Assembly (NCBI GenBank): GCA_020438425.1
Contig: JAGQUQ010000001.1
Span: 50,277-114,276, forward strand
Length of the DNA: 64,000 nt
DNA from: Solirubrobacterales bacterium
GTDB taxonomy: Bacteria > Actinomycetota > Thermoleophilia > Solirubrobacterales > 70-9
Reading direction: 5' to 3'
The translations under genes and the position numbers were made by a program. Below are positions 1 through 7,999 of the stretch, piece by piece. The stretch's first letter is position 1; the number at the start of each line of letters is the position of its first letter. Below the pieces are notes generated by a model. That model worked only from the letters and a program-made list of their open reading frames with translations, had not been told where the DNA came from and made no database searches.

Positions 1-2705
1 CTGCCGGTCTTGACGATCGAGAGGTCGGCAGCCTTGCCGACCGGGGTGTTGACCTCGGCCTGGTTGTTGCTCAGGTCCGGATCGACCTCGTTACCCGTCG
101 CCGACGCGTAGTTGGTCAGCTCGGTGGTGCCGACGGTCACCTTGCCGCTGACCTCGACCGTCCAGGTGGCGCCATTGGCCAGACTGCCGACGACACAACT
201 GACCGTCGGCTCGGCAACCGTGCAGGAGCCCTGGTTGGTGGTCACGTTGGTCAGGCCGGCCGGCAGGGAGTCGGTGAGGACGACTCCGGTGGCATCCGAC
301 GGGCCCTGGTTCTTGACCTTGACTTCGTAGACGACGGTATTGCCGGTGAAGACGCTGGCCGGCGACTTCTTGGTCTTGGTGACCTTGAGGTCGGCACCGA
401 GGACTTCGACATCATCCGAACCGGTGTTGTTGTTCGGGTTCGGGTCGGTCTGCTGGGCGCCGACCGTGGCCTCGTTGTGAAGCGTGCCCTGGGCGCTGCC
501 GTCAACGTGGACGGTAACCGTGACCGTGTGGCTGGCACCGCTGTTCAGGGTGCCGACCGCGCAGCCGAGAGTGCCCGTGATCGGCTGGATGACACAGCCG
601 GGGGCCGGCGTGGCCGAGACGAAGCTGAGCCCGGCCGGCAGCGGATCGGTGATCGCGACAGAAGTGGCCTTCGAAGGTCCGTTGTTGGTGACCGTGAGGG
701 CGTAGGTGAAGGTCTCGCCGATCACGACCTGTTCCTTGGACGCGGTCTTGGTCAGGGCGAGGTCGGCGATGTTGCTGACCGGATTGGTCGAGCTCGATGT
801 GTTGTCGGTCAGGTCCGAATCTCCACCGCCGGAAACGGTCGAGGTGTTCTCGACTTCTCCGGTCACGCCGCTGTCGATGGCGACGGTCAGGACGATGTTC
901 GGGTAGCTCGCACCAGCCGCCAGGGCATCGCTGCGCGAGCAGGAAATCGAGCTGGCCGGGACGCTGTTGCAGGTCCAGCCGGGGGCATTGATCGCGGTCA
1001 CGGTCAGACCGGCCGGGATCGGGTCGCTGACGGTCACGGTGCCCGAGGTGGGACCGTCACCGTGGTTGTTCACGGTCAGCGTGTAGGCGCTGGTTCCTCC
1101 GGCCGAGAATGCCGCGCCGCTGCGGACCTTGGTGATCTTCAGGTTCGGTGCCGCAGTGACCGTCGCAGTCGCGGTCGAGACCGCGGTCAGCGGAGTGCCG
1201 GTGCCCTGGCTGTTGAATGAAGATGTGGCCGTGTTGGTCAGCACGGTTCCCGAAGCGACCGGATTGACGGCCGGGCCGTTGACCTTCACCTTGAAGGTGA
1301 CTTCGTACTCGCTGGCCGGCTTGACGTTGCCGCCGACCGAAGTCGTGGCGCCCTCACCGAGGCGGGCGACGATGCGGCTGTTGACCGAGTCGAACTCGGC
1401 GATGTCGTCCGAGCTGGCATCGGTCTTGGTGCCGGTCGAGGCGTTGGTGTTCTTGGTGATGCTGATCGATCCGGGCACGTAGGTCGTGTTCGGCGGGATC
1501 GGATCACGGAGGACGAAGTTGCTGGTGCCGTCCAGGCCGTTGTTCTTGCCGTAGATCTTGTAGGTCAGGACGTCGCCCTGACGCACGTCACCGCCGTTGT
1601 CGTCGGTGACGGACTTGGTCTGGTCGATCTTCGGGGCGAAGATCTCGGTCTGGAAGGTGATCACGCCGGGCAGGTACTGATCGCCCGATGTGGTCACGCG
1701 AAGGGTCGCCGAAGTCTGGCTGTTGCCGACCGTGCCCGAGGGGGGCGTGGTCCAGGCGGCATCGATGCCGAGCGTGTTGGCGTACGACGGATTGCGGTCG
1801 GTGTAGAGCGTGCCGTTATGCGAGATGCGGGAGTTGAAGAAGTTGGTTGCCGGATGCTGGGCGTCGCTCAGGGTGTTCCCGTTGAGCGAAGCCGAATCAC
1901 CGACCAGTCCGTGGTCGCCTTCCCAGGTGACGAAACCGACCTGGGGGTTGACCGCACCGGAGGGCGGGGTCAGAAAGCCGGAGAACGGGATGGTGGTCGG
2001 CGGATCCGAAGGACGAATCGTGACCAGGCCATCGAAGATCGACATGTTCTTGGCCGACTCGGAGGTGTTCCGGTAGGCCACGATCAGGGTCCAGCCGGCG
2101 TAGTGGTCCGAGCCCTTGCCGGCCTGGATGTTGGCCACCGCGTAGGTCCCGTTGCCCGCGTTCGGCAGTGCCTGAATCAGGCCTGTCACATCGGCAAAAG
2201 CCTGGTAGCGACCTACGTTCAGGGTCGAGTCGTCGAGCGTCGATGCCGTGATGTTGGTGTAGGAGCTCGAGCCGGGCAGCTTCAGCTTGACCTTGTTTCG
2301 GTCGCTGGAGCTCGGAGCGGCCGAGGAGCCGGTGCTCCAGTCGCCGCCCCAGTAAAGACCGGCGAAAAGAATCGTCGAACCGGCCGGCAGGCTCTGATTC
2401 GCGGTCGAGGAGTTGAAAGTCGCGGAGTCCGAATCAACATCGACATAGGTCATGTCGTAGTTGTTGTTGTAGTAGTTGTTCGAACTCGAAGTCGGGCTCT
2501 GACCCTGGGCCGTGGAGCAACCCGAGGCGCTCGAGGGACAGGTCATGTTCGTGTTCGCGATGCCCTTGATCGACCCGGTGTCATTGGTGCTGTAGCGCAC
2601 GGCGAAGGCGCGATCGGCCTGGGCTGGCGAGGCGGCTGCCAAGCCGGCTGCGAGCACGGCAACGACGAGGGCAAGTCGAACCACAACACGGGTTACTGGG
2701 GTCAT
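1..2705 (-). CDS. Large secreted surface protein with tandem DUF11-type (conserved repeat domain) beta-sandwich repeats. The N-terminus is in the window and the C-terminus runs off the left edge (partial).
   Basis: It is absent from the ORF track because it has no stop inside the window. Hand translation of the minus strand from ATG (complement of 2703-2705) gives MTPVTRVVVRLALVVAVLAAGLAAASPAQA, a signal peptide with an AQA cleavage site. I spot-translated the frame at both ends and across most of its length without meeting a stop, down to position 1 (...NNQAEVNTPVGKAADLSIVKTG). Repeated units fit the DUF11 signature, e.g. ADLALTKTASKEQVVIGETFTYALTVTNNGPSKATSVAITDPLPAGL. The + strand ORFs 477-1220 and 1818-3023 are shadows of this gene. 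Confidence 0.7.
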   Translation of the reverse strand, partial: MTPVTRVVVRLALVVAVLAAGLAAASPAQADRAFAVRYSTNDTGSIKGIANTNMTCPSSASGCSTAQGQSPTSSSNNYYNNNYDMTYVDVDSDSATFNSSTANQSLPAGSTILFAGLYWGGDWSTGSSAAPSSSDRNKVKLKLPGSSSYTNITASTLDDSTLNVGRYQAFADVTGLIQALPNAGNGTYAVANIQAGKGSDHYAGWTLIVAYRNTSESAKNMSIFDGLVTIRPSDPPTTIPFSGFLTPPSGAVNPQVGFVTWEGDHGLVGDSASLNGNTLSDAQHPATNFFNSRISHNGTLYTDRNPSYANTLGIDAAWTTPPSGTVGNSQTSATLRVTTSGDQYLPGVITFQTEIFAPKIDQTKSVTDDNGGDVRQGDVLTYKIYGKNNGLDGTSNFVLRDPIPPNTTYVPGSISITKNTNASTGTKTDASSDDIAEFDSVNSRIVARLGEGATTSVGGNVKPASEYEVTFKVKVNGPAVNPVASGTVLTNTATSSFNSQGTGTPLTAVSTATATVTAAPNLKITKVRSGAAFSAGGTSAYTLTVNNHGDGPTSGTVTVSDPIPAGLTVTAINAPGWTCNSVPASSISCSRSDALAAGASYPNIVLTVAIDSGVTGEVENTSTVSGGGDSDLTDNTSSSTNPVSNIADLALTKTASKEQVVIGETFTYALTVTNNGPSKATSVAITDPLPAGLSFVSATPAPGCVIQPITGTLGCAVGTLNSGASHTVTVTVHVDGSAQGTLHNEATVGAQQTDPNPNNNTGSDDVEVLGADLKVTKTKKSPASVFTGNTVVYEVKVKNQGPSDATGVVLTDSLPAGLTNVTTNQGSCTVAEPTVSCVVGSLANGATWTVEVSGKVTVGTTELTNYASATGNEVDPDLSNNQAEVNTPVGKAADLSIVKTG

Positions 2706-2919
2706 TTCTTCTCCGAGACTTTCTCTCTGGGTCACCGGTTTCGGTACCCGGACAATTTCCAATTGGCCTGGTGCGAACGGTGGGAAAGCCTCGAAGGCCC
2801 GGTCGGCTGCCGCAAGAGTTCGAGATCGACAGCTGACAGGGTTTTTCCGGATCAGCCGGCTCCTGCCGACTCTCGAAATGATCCGAACCCGTCTCCCGTG
2901 TTCAGTTTTGGGACCGGGA

Positions 2920-2947
2920 AGGATACGCATTTCCTGATCCGTGTCAA
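2920..2947 (-). promoter_or_regulatory. Candidate sigma-70-type promoter of the DUF11 surface-protein gene
   Basis: On the minus strand: TTGACA (complement of 2942-2947), a 16-nt spacer, then TATCCT (complement of 2920-2925). It lies about 215 nt upstream of the ATG at 2705. This is a sequence match only. Confidence 0.3.
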
Positions 2948-3062
2948 GTGTTTGCGGCAGCTGATTCAAAATCTGCGGAAAACCCGCAATCCCAGATGTG
3001 CTCGGGGTTTACCGATTATGTAACCCGCAACTTCGCACCCTGCCAGAGCCGGCAGGCCGCGA

Positions 3063-3968
3063 TCAGTCGAAGGCGTAGAGGACCAGCAGGGCAACCGCGA
3101 CGAAGACCGCTCCGGCGATGATGACGCCCCGATCGCCGGCCACGATGGCGGCGGTCGAGCGGTCGTCGGAGCGATCGTAAATCAGGTAGAGGTAGCGGAA
3201 GATCCCGTAAACCACCGGCGGGATGGTCAGCATCATCTCGGAGCCGGCCAGAGGGGAATTAACCGTGTAGATCGAGTAACTGACCACGGTTCCTGTAGTG
3301 ACCATGGCGACCATCTGGTCGAGAAAGGGCAGCGAGTAGTGCTCGAGCACCGGACGGCTGCTGGTGCCCTCGTGGAGTTCGGAAACCGCCTCCTGGCGCC
3401 GCTTGGTGAAGCCGAGGAAACAGGCCAGCATGCCGGTGCAGAGGATCAGCCACTCCGAGGCATGCGCCTCAACCGCTTCCGCGCCCGCCATCACCCGCAG
3501 GATGAACAGGGTTGCGAGCGTCATCACGTCGATGATCACGATCTGCTTGAGCCCGAAGCTGTAGGCGACCTGGATCACTCCGTATCCGACGACCATGCAG
3601 CCGACCTGCCAGTTGACCACGCCGAAGGCAACGGCGATCGCGCCGATCGCCAGTCCGGCCGAGATCACCCAGGCGGCACCGATCGGGAGCTGGCCGGCGG
3701 CGATCGGCCGAAAGCGCTTCTTCGGATGCTGTCGGTCCAGTTCGACGTCATTTAGGTCGTTGATGAAGTAACCGGCGCTGGAGATCGCGCAGAAGCAGGC
3801 GAAGGTGATCAGGGCCTGACCGATTGCCCAGGTGTCATCGAGCTGACCGGAGAAGATGACCCCGGCGAAGACCAGGACGTTCTTGACCCATTCCTGGGGC
3901 CGCGCCGTCTTCAGCGCCGCACGCAGAGGTCCGCGCTCGGTGAGGGTGTGTTGGGAGGAGGCTTCCAT
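3063..3968 (-). CDS. UbiA-superfamily integral membrane transferase, decaprenyl-phosphate phosphoribosyltransferase (DPPR synthase)-like
   Basis: 301-aa ORF. It has the N-terminal box RPQEWVKNVLVFAGVIFSG and the Asp-rich motif NDLNDVELDRQHPKKRFRPIAAG (NDxxDxxxD). Several hydrophobic helices run through the rest of the protein. Confidence 0.75.
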   Translation of the reverse strand: MEASSQHTLTERGPLRAALKTARPQEWVKNVLVFAGVIFSGQLDDTWAIGQALITFACFCAISSAGYFINDLNDVELDRQHPKKRFRPIAAGQLPIGAAWVISAGLAIGAIAVAFGVVNWQVGCMVVGYGVIQVAYSFGLKQIVIIDVMTLATLFILRVMAGAEAVEAHASEWLILCTGMLACFLGFTKRRQEAVSELHEGTSSRPVLEHYSLPFLDQMVAMVTTGTVVSYSIYTVNSPLAGSEMMLTIPPVVYGIFRYLYLIYDRSDDRSTAAIVAGDRGVIIAGAVFVAVALLVLYAFD

Positions 3969-4138
3969 CGGGGCCGGGGAAGGCTACCGGCTCAGGCCCC
4001 CGTTCATCCTGTTCATCCCCGCTTGCATGCCGCAAGCCATCGAGAGCCGACTTTCTGCCGTATACCGGCAGAAAAGTGCATCTCGACGAATTCGCACCCA
4101 CCTGGGCCGCGTCGAGCGTGGGCAGGCTCCGGCGCTAC

Positions 4139-5803
4139 TCAGTCGATCAGGACGCCCGGGTTGAGCATGCGATCCGGGTCCACCGCTGACTTGGCGGCGG
4201 CGAGGGCGGCTGCGAACTGACCTGGTCTTTGCTGGTCGTACCAGGGGCGGTGGTCTCTGCCTACTGCGTGGTGGTGGGTGATGGTTCCGCCGTTATCGAT
4301 AATCGCCTGGGAGGCGGCGGCCTTGACCTCGTCCCACTGGGCGACCTCGCTGCCGCGCCTGGCCGGGGCGAGGACCGTGAAGTAGGGGGCGGCTCCGTCG
4401 GGATAAACATGGGTCAGGCGACAGCTGACTCGCGGGGCGCCTTCCCCTTCGGCCGGGGCTCCGGTGACCTCGGCCACGGCGCGGCGGGTCGCTTCGATCA
4501 CATTGCCGTGGAAGTCCTCGAAGCTGTCCCAGGTAATCGCCGTCTCGAAGGTCTCGGCGATGATCCCGCAGGCGACGAAGGTGTCGCGCATGTACGGAGC
4601 CATCAGGAAGGCCGATCGCCACTTGTCCGAGCCGGCTTCGCCTTCGGTGGCGGCCCGGTCGTTCGGGGTCGAAGAGCTGCGGGAAGCAACCCGGCCGCCT
4701 TCGCCCTCGGCGATCGCCACCGCCTGATCCATGCGGTCCTCGACCGGCTGGCCGTGGGACTCGAAGCCGATGATCAGCAGGGTCGCCGAGCCGTCGCCGG
4801 CCATCGTGGTCGCGGCCTCCGAGGAATCAATCAGTCGCAGGTTCGAAGGCATCAGCCTCGACTGGGCGATCAGGCGCACTGCTCCCCGGGCTGCGGCGGA
4901 GAAAGCGGCATCGCCGGGCGGGAACTCGACCGTCGCGGTCGCCTTGAAATCCGGCCTGGGCCGCACCTTCATCCAGGCTTCGGTGACCACGCCGAGGATG
5001 CCCTCGGAGCCGAGCAGCATCCGGTCCGGTGAAGGCCCGGCGCCGGAACCGGGCAGGCGGCGGGACTCCCACTCGCCAGCCGGGGTGATCGCCCGGATCG
5101 ATTCGGTCAGGTCGTCGACATGGGTTTCGCCGGTCGCGAAATGGCCGCCGGCCCGGGTCACGATCCAGCCGCCAAGCGTCGCGTACTCGAAGGACTGGGG
5201 GAAGTGGCGCAGGGTCAGCCCCTTCGCCTTGAGCTGGTCTTCCAGCTCCGGTCCCCGGGCACCGGCCTGGATCCGGGCGGCCAGCGAGGTTTCGTCGACC
5301 TCGAGCAGCCGGTTCATCCGGGTCATGTCGAGCGAGACCACCGGCCGGTCCGGATCGGCCAGCCGCGGCTCGACCCCGCCACAGACCGAGGTGCCTCCGC
5401 CGAAGGGAATGACCGCCGCGCCCCAGTCGGCTGCCCGCGAAAGAACTTCCTCCACCCCGGCCTCGTCGTCCGGGAAGGCGACCAGGTCCGGCGGGTTGTC
5501 GAACTGGCCGTAGAAGCCGCGGACGATGTCGCGGTAGGCCTTGCCCAGGGCGTGGACGGTTCGCTCATGCCTGTCGTCGGTGAAGATCCCGCCCGGAGAT
5601 TCGAGCCGGGAATCCCTCAGCTCGACCTTGTCGAGTTCGACCGGACGCTGCGGCGCCTGGCCGAAGCCGAGCATCGGGACGATGCCTTCGGAGGCGGCGA
5701 CTATCTCTTCATGGGGACGCTGCTGATCCTCGTAGCCCCAGCCCCAATGCTTGAGCCGGCGATCGCTCATTTTCTCGCCAGGCCGCAGGAACCGAGATGG
5801 CAA
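4139..5803 (-). CDS. FAD-linked oxidase, alkyldihydroxyacetone-phosphate synthase (AGPS)-like
   Basis: 554-aa ORF. It carries the RLKHWGWGYEDQ N-terminal box typical of AGPS homologues. It also has a PCMH-type FAD-binding segment (AAVIPFGGGTSVCGG) and a C-terminal HHHAVGRDH. An alternative start is the ATG at 5770 (MSDRRLKHWGWGY). Confidence 0.75.
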   Translation of the reverse strand: MPSRFLRPGEKMSDRRLKHWGWGYEDQQRPHEEIVAASEGIVPMLGFGQAPQRPVELDKVELRDSRLESPGGIFTDDRHERTVHALGKAYRDIVRGFYGQFDNPPDLVAFPDDEAGVEEVLSRAADWGAAVIPFGGGTSVCGGVEPRLADPDRPVVSLDMTRMNRLLEVDETSLAARIQAGARGPELEDQLKAKGLTLRHFPQSFEYATLGGWIVTRAGGHFATGETHVDDLTESIRAITPAGEWESRRLPGSGAGPSPDRMLLGSEGILGVVTEAWMKVRPRPDFKATATVEFPPGDAAFSAAARGAVRLIAQSRLMPSNLRLIDSSEAATTMAGDGSATLLIIGFESHGQPVEDRMDQAVAIAEGEGGRVASRSSSTPNDRAATEGEAGSDKWRSAFLMAPYMRDTFVACGIIAETFETAITWDSFEDFHGNVIEATRRAVAEVTGAPAEGEGAPRVSCRLTHVYPDGAAPYFTVLAPARRGSEVAQWDEVKAAASQAIIDNGGTITHHHAVGRDHRPWYDQQRPGQFAAALAAAKSAVDPDRMLNPGVLID

Positions 5804-5853
5804 AAGGGAGCGCTATTTGGCCACTTTCGCCATCTCGATCGATCCATGGCGGC

Positions 5854-7863
5854 TTACCAGTGGACGCCGCGGAGCAGATGGGCGAAGGCGACCGCTTCGG
5901 TCGATGGTGCCTTGTCGGTGCCGCCATCTTCCTCGCCCTTCGCCGCCTTTGAATCCGGGAAGAGCTTGTAGCCGGTGTTGAGGATCGCATCCGAGGCCTT
6001 GGGCGAAAGGCTGTAGAGCAGCTCGCCGAAGGTGCCGAGACGGGTCGCGACCTTCTTCGGCTTGCGGATCATCGCGTCGGTGATCATCTCCGCCGCCTCG
6101 TCCGGGCTGATCGCCGGGAAGGCGTCATACATCTTGGTCGGGGCGATCATCGCGGTCCGCACCAGCGGCATGTGGATGGTCGTGATGTGGCACTTGTCGT
6201 CGATGATCTCGGAGCCGATGCAGCGGCTGAAGGCATCCAGGGCCGCCTTCGAGGCGACGTAGGCCGAGAAGCGCGGAGCGTTGGTCTGGACCCCGATCGA
6301 GCTGACGTTGATGATGTGGCCCGACTTGCGTTCCCGCATCCGCGGCAGCAGCTTCAGGATCAGCTTCAGCGAACCGAAGTAGTTCAGCTGCATGGTCCGC
6401 TCGTAATCGTGGAAGCGGTCGTAGGAAAGCGCCACCGAGCGGCGGATCGAGCGGCCGGCGTTGTTGACCAGGATGTCGACGTGGCCGTGCTCGGCCAGCA
6501 CCTCGTCGGCCATCCGCTCGATGTCATCGGTGTCAGAGAGATCGGCGGTGTGAATGAAGGCCTCGCCGCCCTCTTCGGCGATCAGGGTCTGGATCTCCTC
6601 CAGCTTGTCGCGCGAACGGGCGACCAGCAGCACCTTGGCTCCGGCCGAGGCCGCCTTGATCGCTGCGGCTTCACCGATTCCCGATGAAGCGCCGGTGATC
6701 ATCACGACCTTGCCGCCGATCGCGCCGCCCAGGGAGCGGTCCTTGAACAGGTCAGGATCGAGGTTGCGCTCCCAGTAGTCCCAGAGCTTGTCGGCGTAGG
6801 AAGCCAGAGGCGGAACCGCGATGTCGGTGCCTTCGAGCGCTTCGAGGGTGTTGGTGCAGTCGAACTTGGTCGGATAGTTGACGTAGACCAGTACCTCGCG
6901 GGGTATGCCGAGATCCTCCAGCACCGAATCGGTGATTCGTTTGACCGGAGGCAGCATCATCAGGCCGCCGCGCACCGCCGGCGGAACGATCTCGAGCATC
7001 TGGGGATCCAGTCGCATCGACATCTGCGGCGCGTGCGCCGAAGCCGCGAACAGGTTGATGATCTGTCCGGCCCGGAGCGGGTTCGGATCGGTGAGGTGGA
7101 AGACCATCTCGTCCTTGTCCGGCTCGTGGCTGATGTGATCGATCGCGTCGGCGACGAAATCCACCGGCACCACGTTGATCTGCTTGCCCTCGATCCCGAT
7201 CGTCGGAGCCCATGGCGGCAGCACGTTGCGCAGCCGCTGGATCAGCTTGAAGAAGTAGTACGGACCGTCGATCTTGTCCATCTGGCCGGTTTCGGAATCA
7301 CCGACCACGATGCCCGGCCGGTAGACCCGCCACGGAACGGTCGTCCGTTCGCGGGCGATCCGCTCCGACTCGTGCTTGGTCCGGAAGTAAGGATGCTTGT
7401 CGAGGTCCTCGGCCTCGTCGAAGAACTCCTCGCGCCAGGTTCCCTTGAAGAGTCCGGCCGCGGCGATCGAGCTCACGTGATTGAAGCAACCGGCCTCGAT
7501 CTCGTTGGCGACGTCGACCGCGTTGATCGTTCCCTCGATGTTGCCGATCCGGATCGTTTCCTCGTCAGCCTCCATGTCGTAGATCGCGGCCAGGTGGTAG
7601 AAGGCATCGATCTTGCCCTTCAGCCCGGCGAGCTGTTCCGCGTCGAGACCAAGATTGGGCTGACTGAGGTCGCCGATCACCGGCAAGACCCGCTCGCCGT
7701 CATCGCCCCAACCGGTGCGCATTTCCTCGAAGCGGCCGCGAGAACCCTCGCGCACCAGAACATGCACCGTGCCTTCCCGCTTCAGCAGCCTTTCGATCAG
7801 GTAGCGGCCGATGAAACCGGTGCCTCCGGTGATGAAGTAATCCACAGCTCCTCCTCCGAGCAT
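5854..7863 (-). CDS. Two-domain reductase: N-terminal fatty acyl-CoA/thioester reductase domain fused to a C-terminal short-chain dehydrogenase/reductase
   Basis: 669-aa ORF. The first Rossmann motif is ITGGTGFIGRYL (thioester-reductase / male-sterility type). The second is VMITGASSGIGEAAA with the catalytic YVASKAALDAF (YxxxK). The layout resembles mycobacterial AcrA1-type acyl-CoA reductases. GGAGGAGGAG lies just upstream of the GTG at 7845, so the true start may be 7845. Confidence 0.75.
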   Translation of the reverse strand: MLGGGAVDYFITGGTGFIGRYLIERLLKREGTVHVLVREGSRGRFEEMRTGWGDDGERVLPVIGDLSQPNLGLDAEQLAGLKGKIDAFYHLAAIYDMEADEETIRIGNIEGTINAVDVANEIEAGCFNHVSSIAAAGLFKGTWREEFFDEAEDLDKHPYFRTKHESERIARERTTVPWRVYRPGIVVGDSETGQMDKIDGPYYFFKLIQRLRNVLPPWAPTIGIEGKQINVVPVDFVADAIDHISHEPDKDEMVFHLTDPNPLRAGQIINLFAASAHAPQMSMRLDPQMLEIVPPAVRGGLMMLPPVKRITDSVLEDLGIPREVLVYVNYPTKFDCTNTLEALEGTDIAVPPLASYADKLWDYWERNLDPDLFKDRSLGGAIGGKVVMITGASSGIGEAAAIKAASAGAKVLLVARSRDKLEEIQTLIAEEGGEAFIHTADLSDTDDIERMADEVLAEHGHVDILVNNAGRSIRRSVALSYDRFHDYERTMQLNYFGSLKLILKLLPRMRERKSGHIINVSSIGVQTNAPRFSAYVASKAALDAFSRCIGSEIIDDKCHITTIHMPLVRTAMIAPTKMYDAFPAISPDEAAEMITDAMIRKPKKVATRLGTFGELLYSLSPKASDAILNTGYKLFPDSKAAKGEEDGGTDKAPSTEAVAFAHLLRGVHW

Positions 7864-7999
7864 CTACGCAATTAGCGGACTAGCGGGGACACTACAGCCA
7901 CCGTCAAAACGAGGTGAAGCGGATCCGCTCTGTACTTCTTGACCCAACTTGTCCAAATGTCCAGAACAAGGCTTTCCCGAATACATACACTTGGAGCAC

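Noticed and set aside
2455-2485. Simple-sequence run gttgttgttgtagtagttgtt
   Set aside because: It lies in frame inside the DUF11 protein gene and encodes an Asn/Tyr-rich low-complexity patch (SSSNNYYNNNYD). It is not an independent repeat element.
4052-4074. Perfect 9-bp AT-richer hairpin (tttctgccg-tatac-cggcagaaa) between the AGPS-like and UbiA genes, plus a 6-bp hairpin at 4021-4037
   Set aside because: I considered it as a terminator. On the coding (minus) strand no U-tract follows the stem, and it sits inside an apparent operon. It may be an mRNA-processing or stability element, but I cannot support a specific call.
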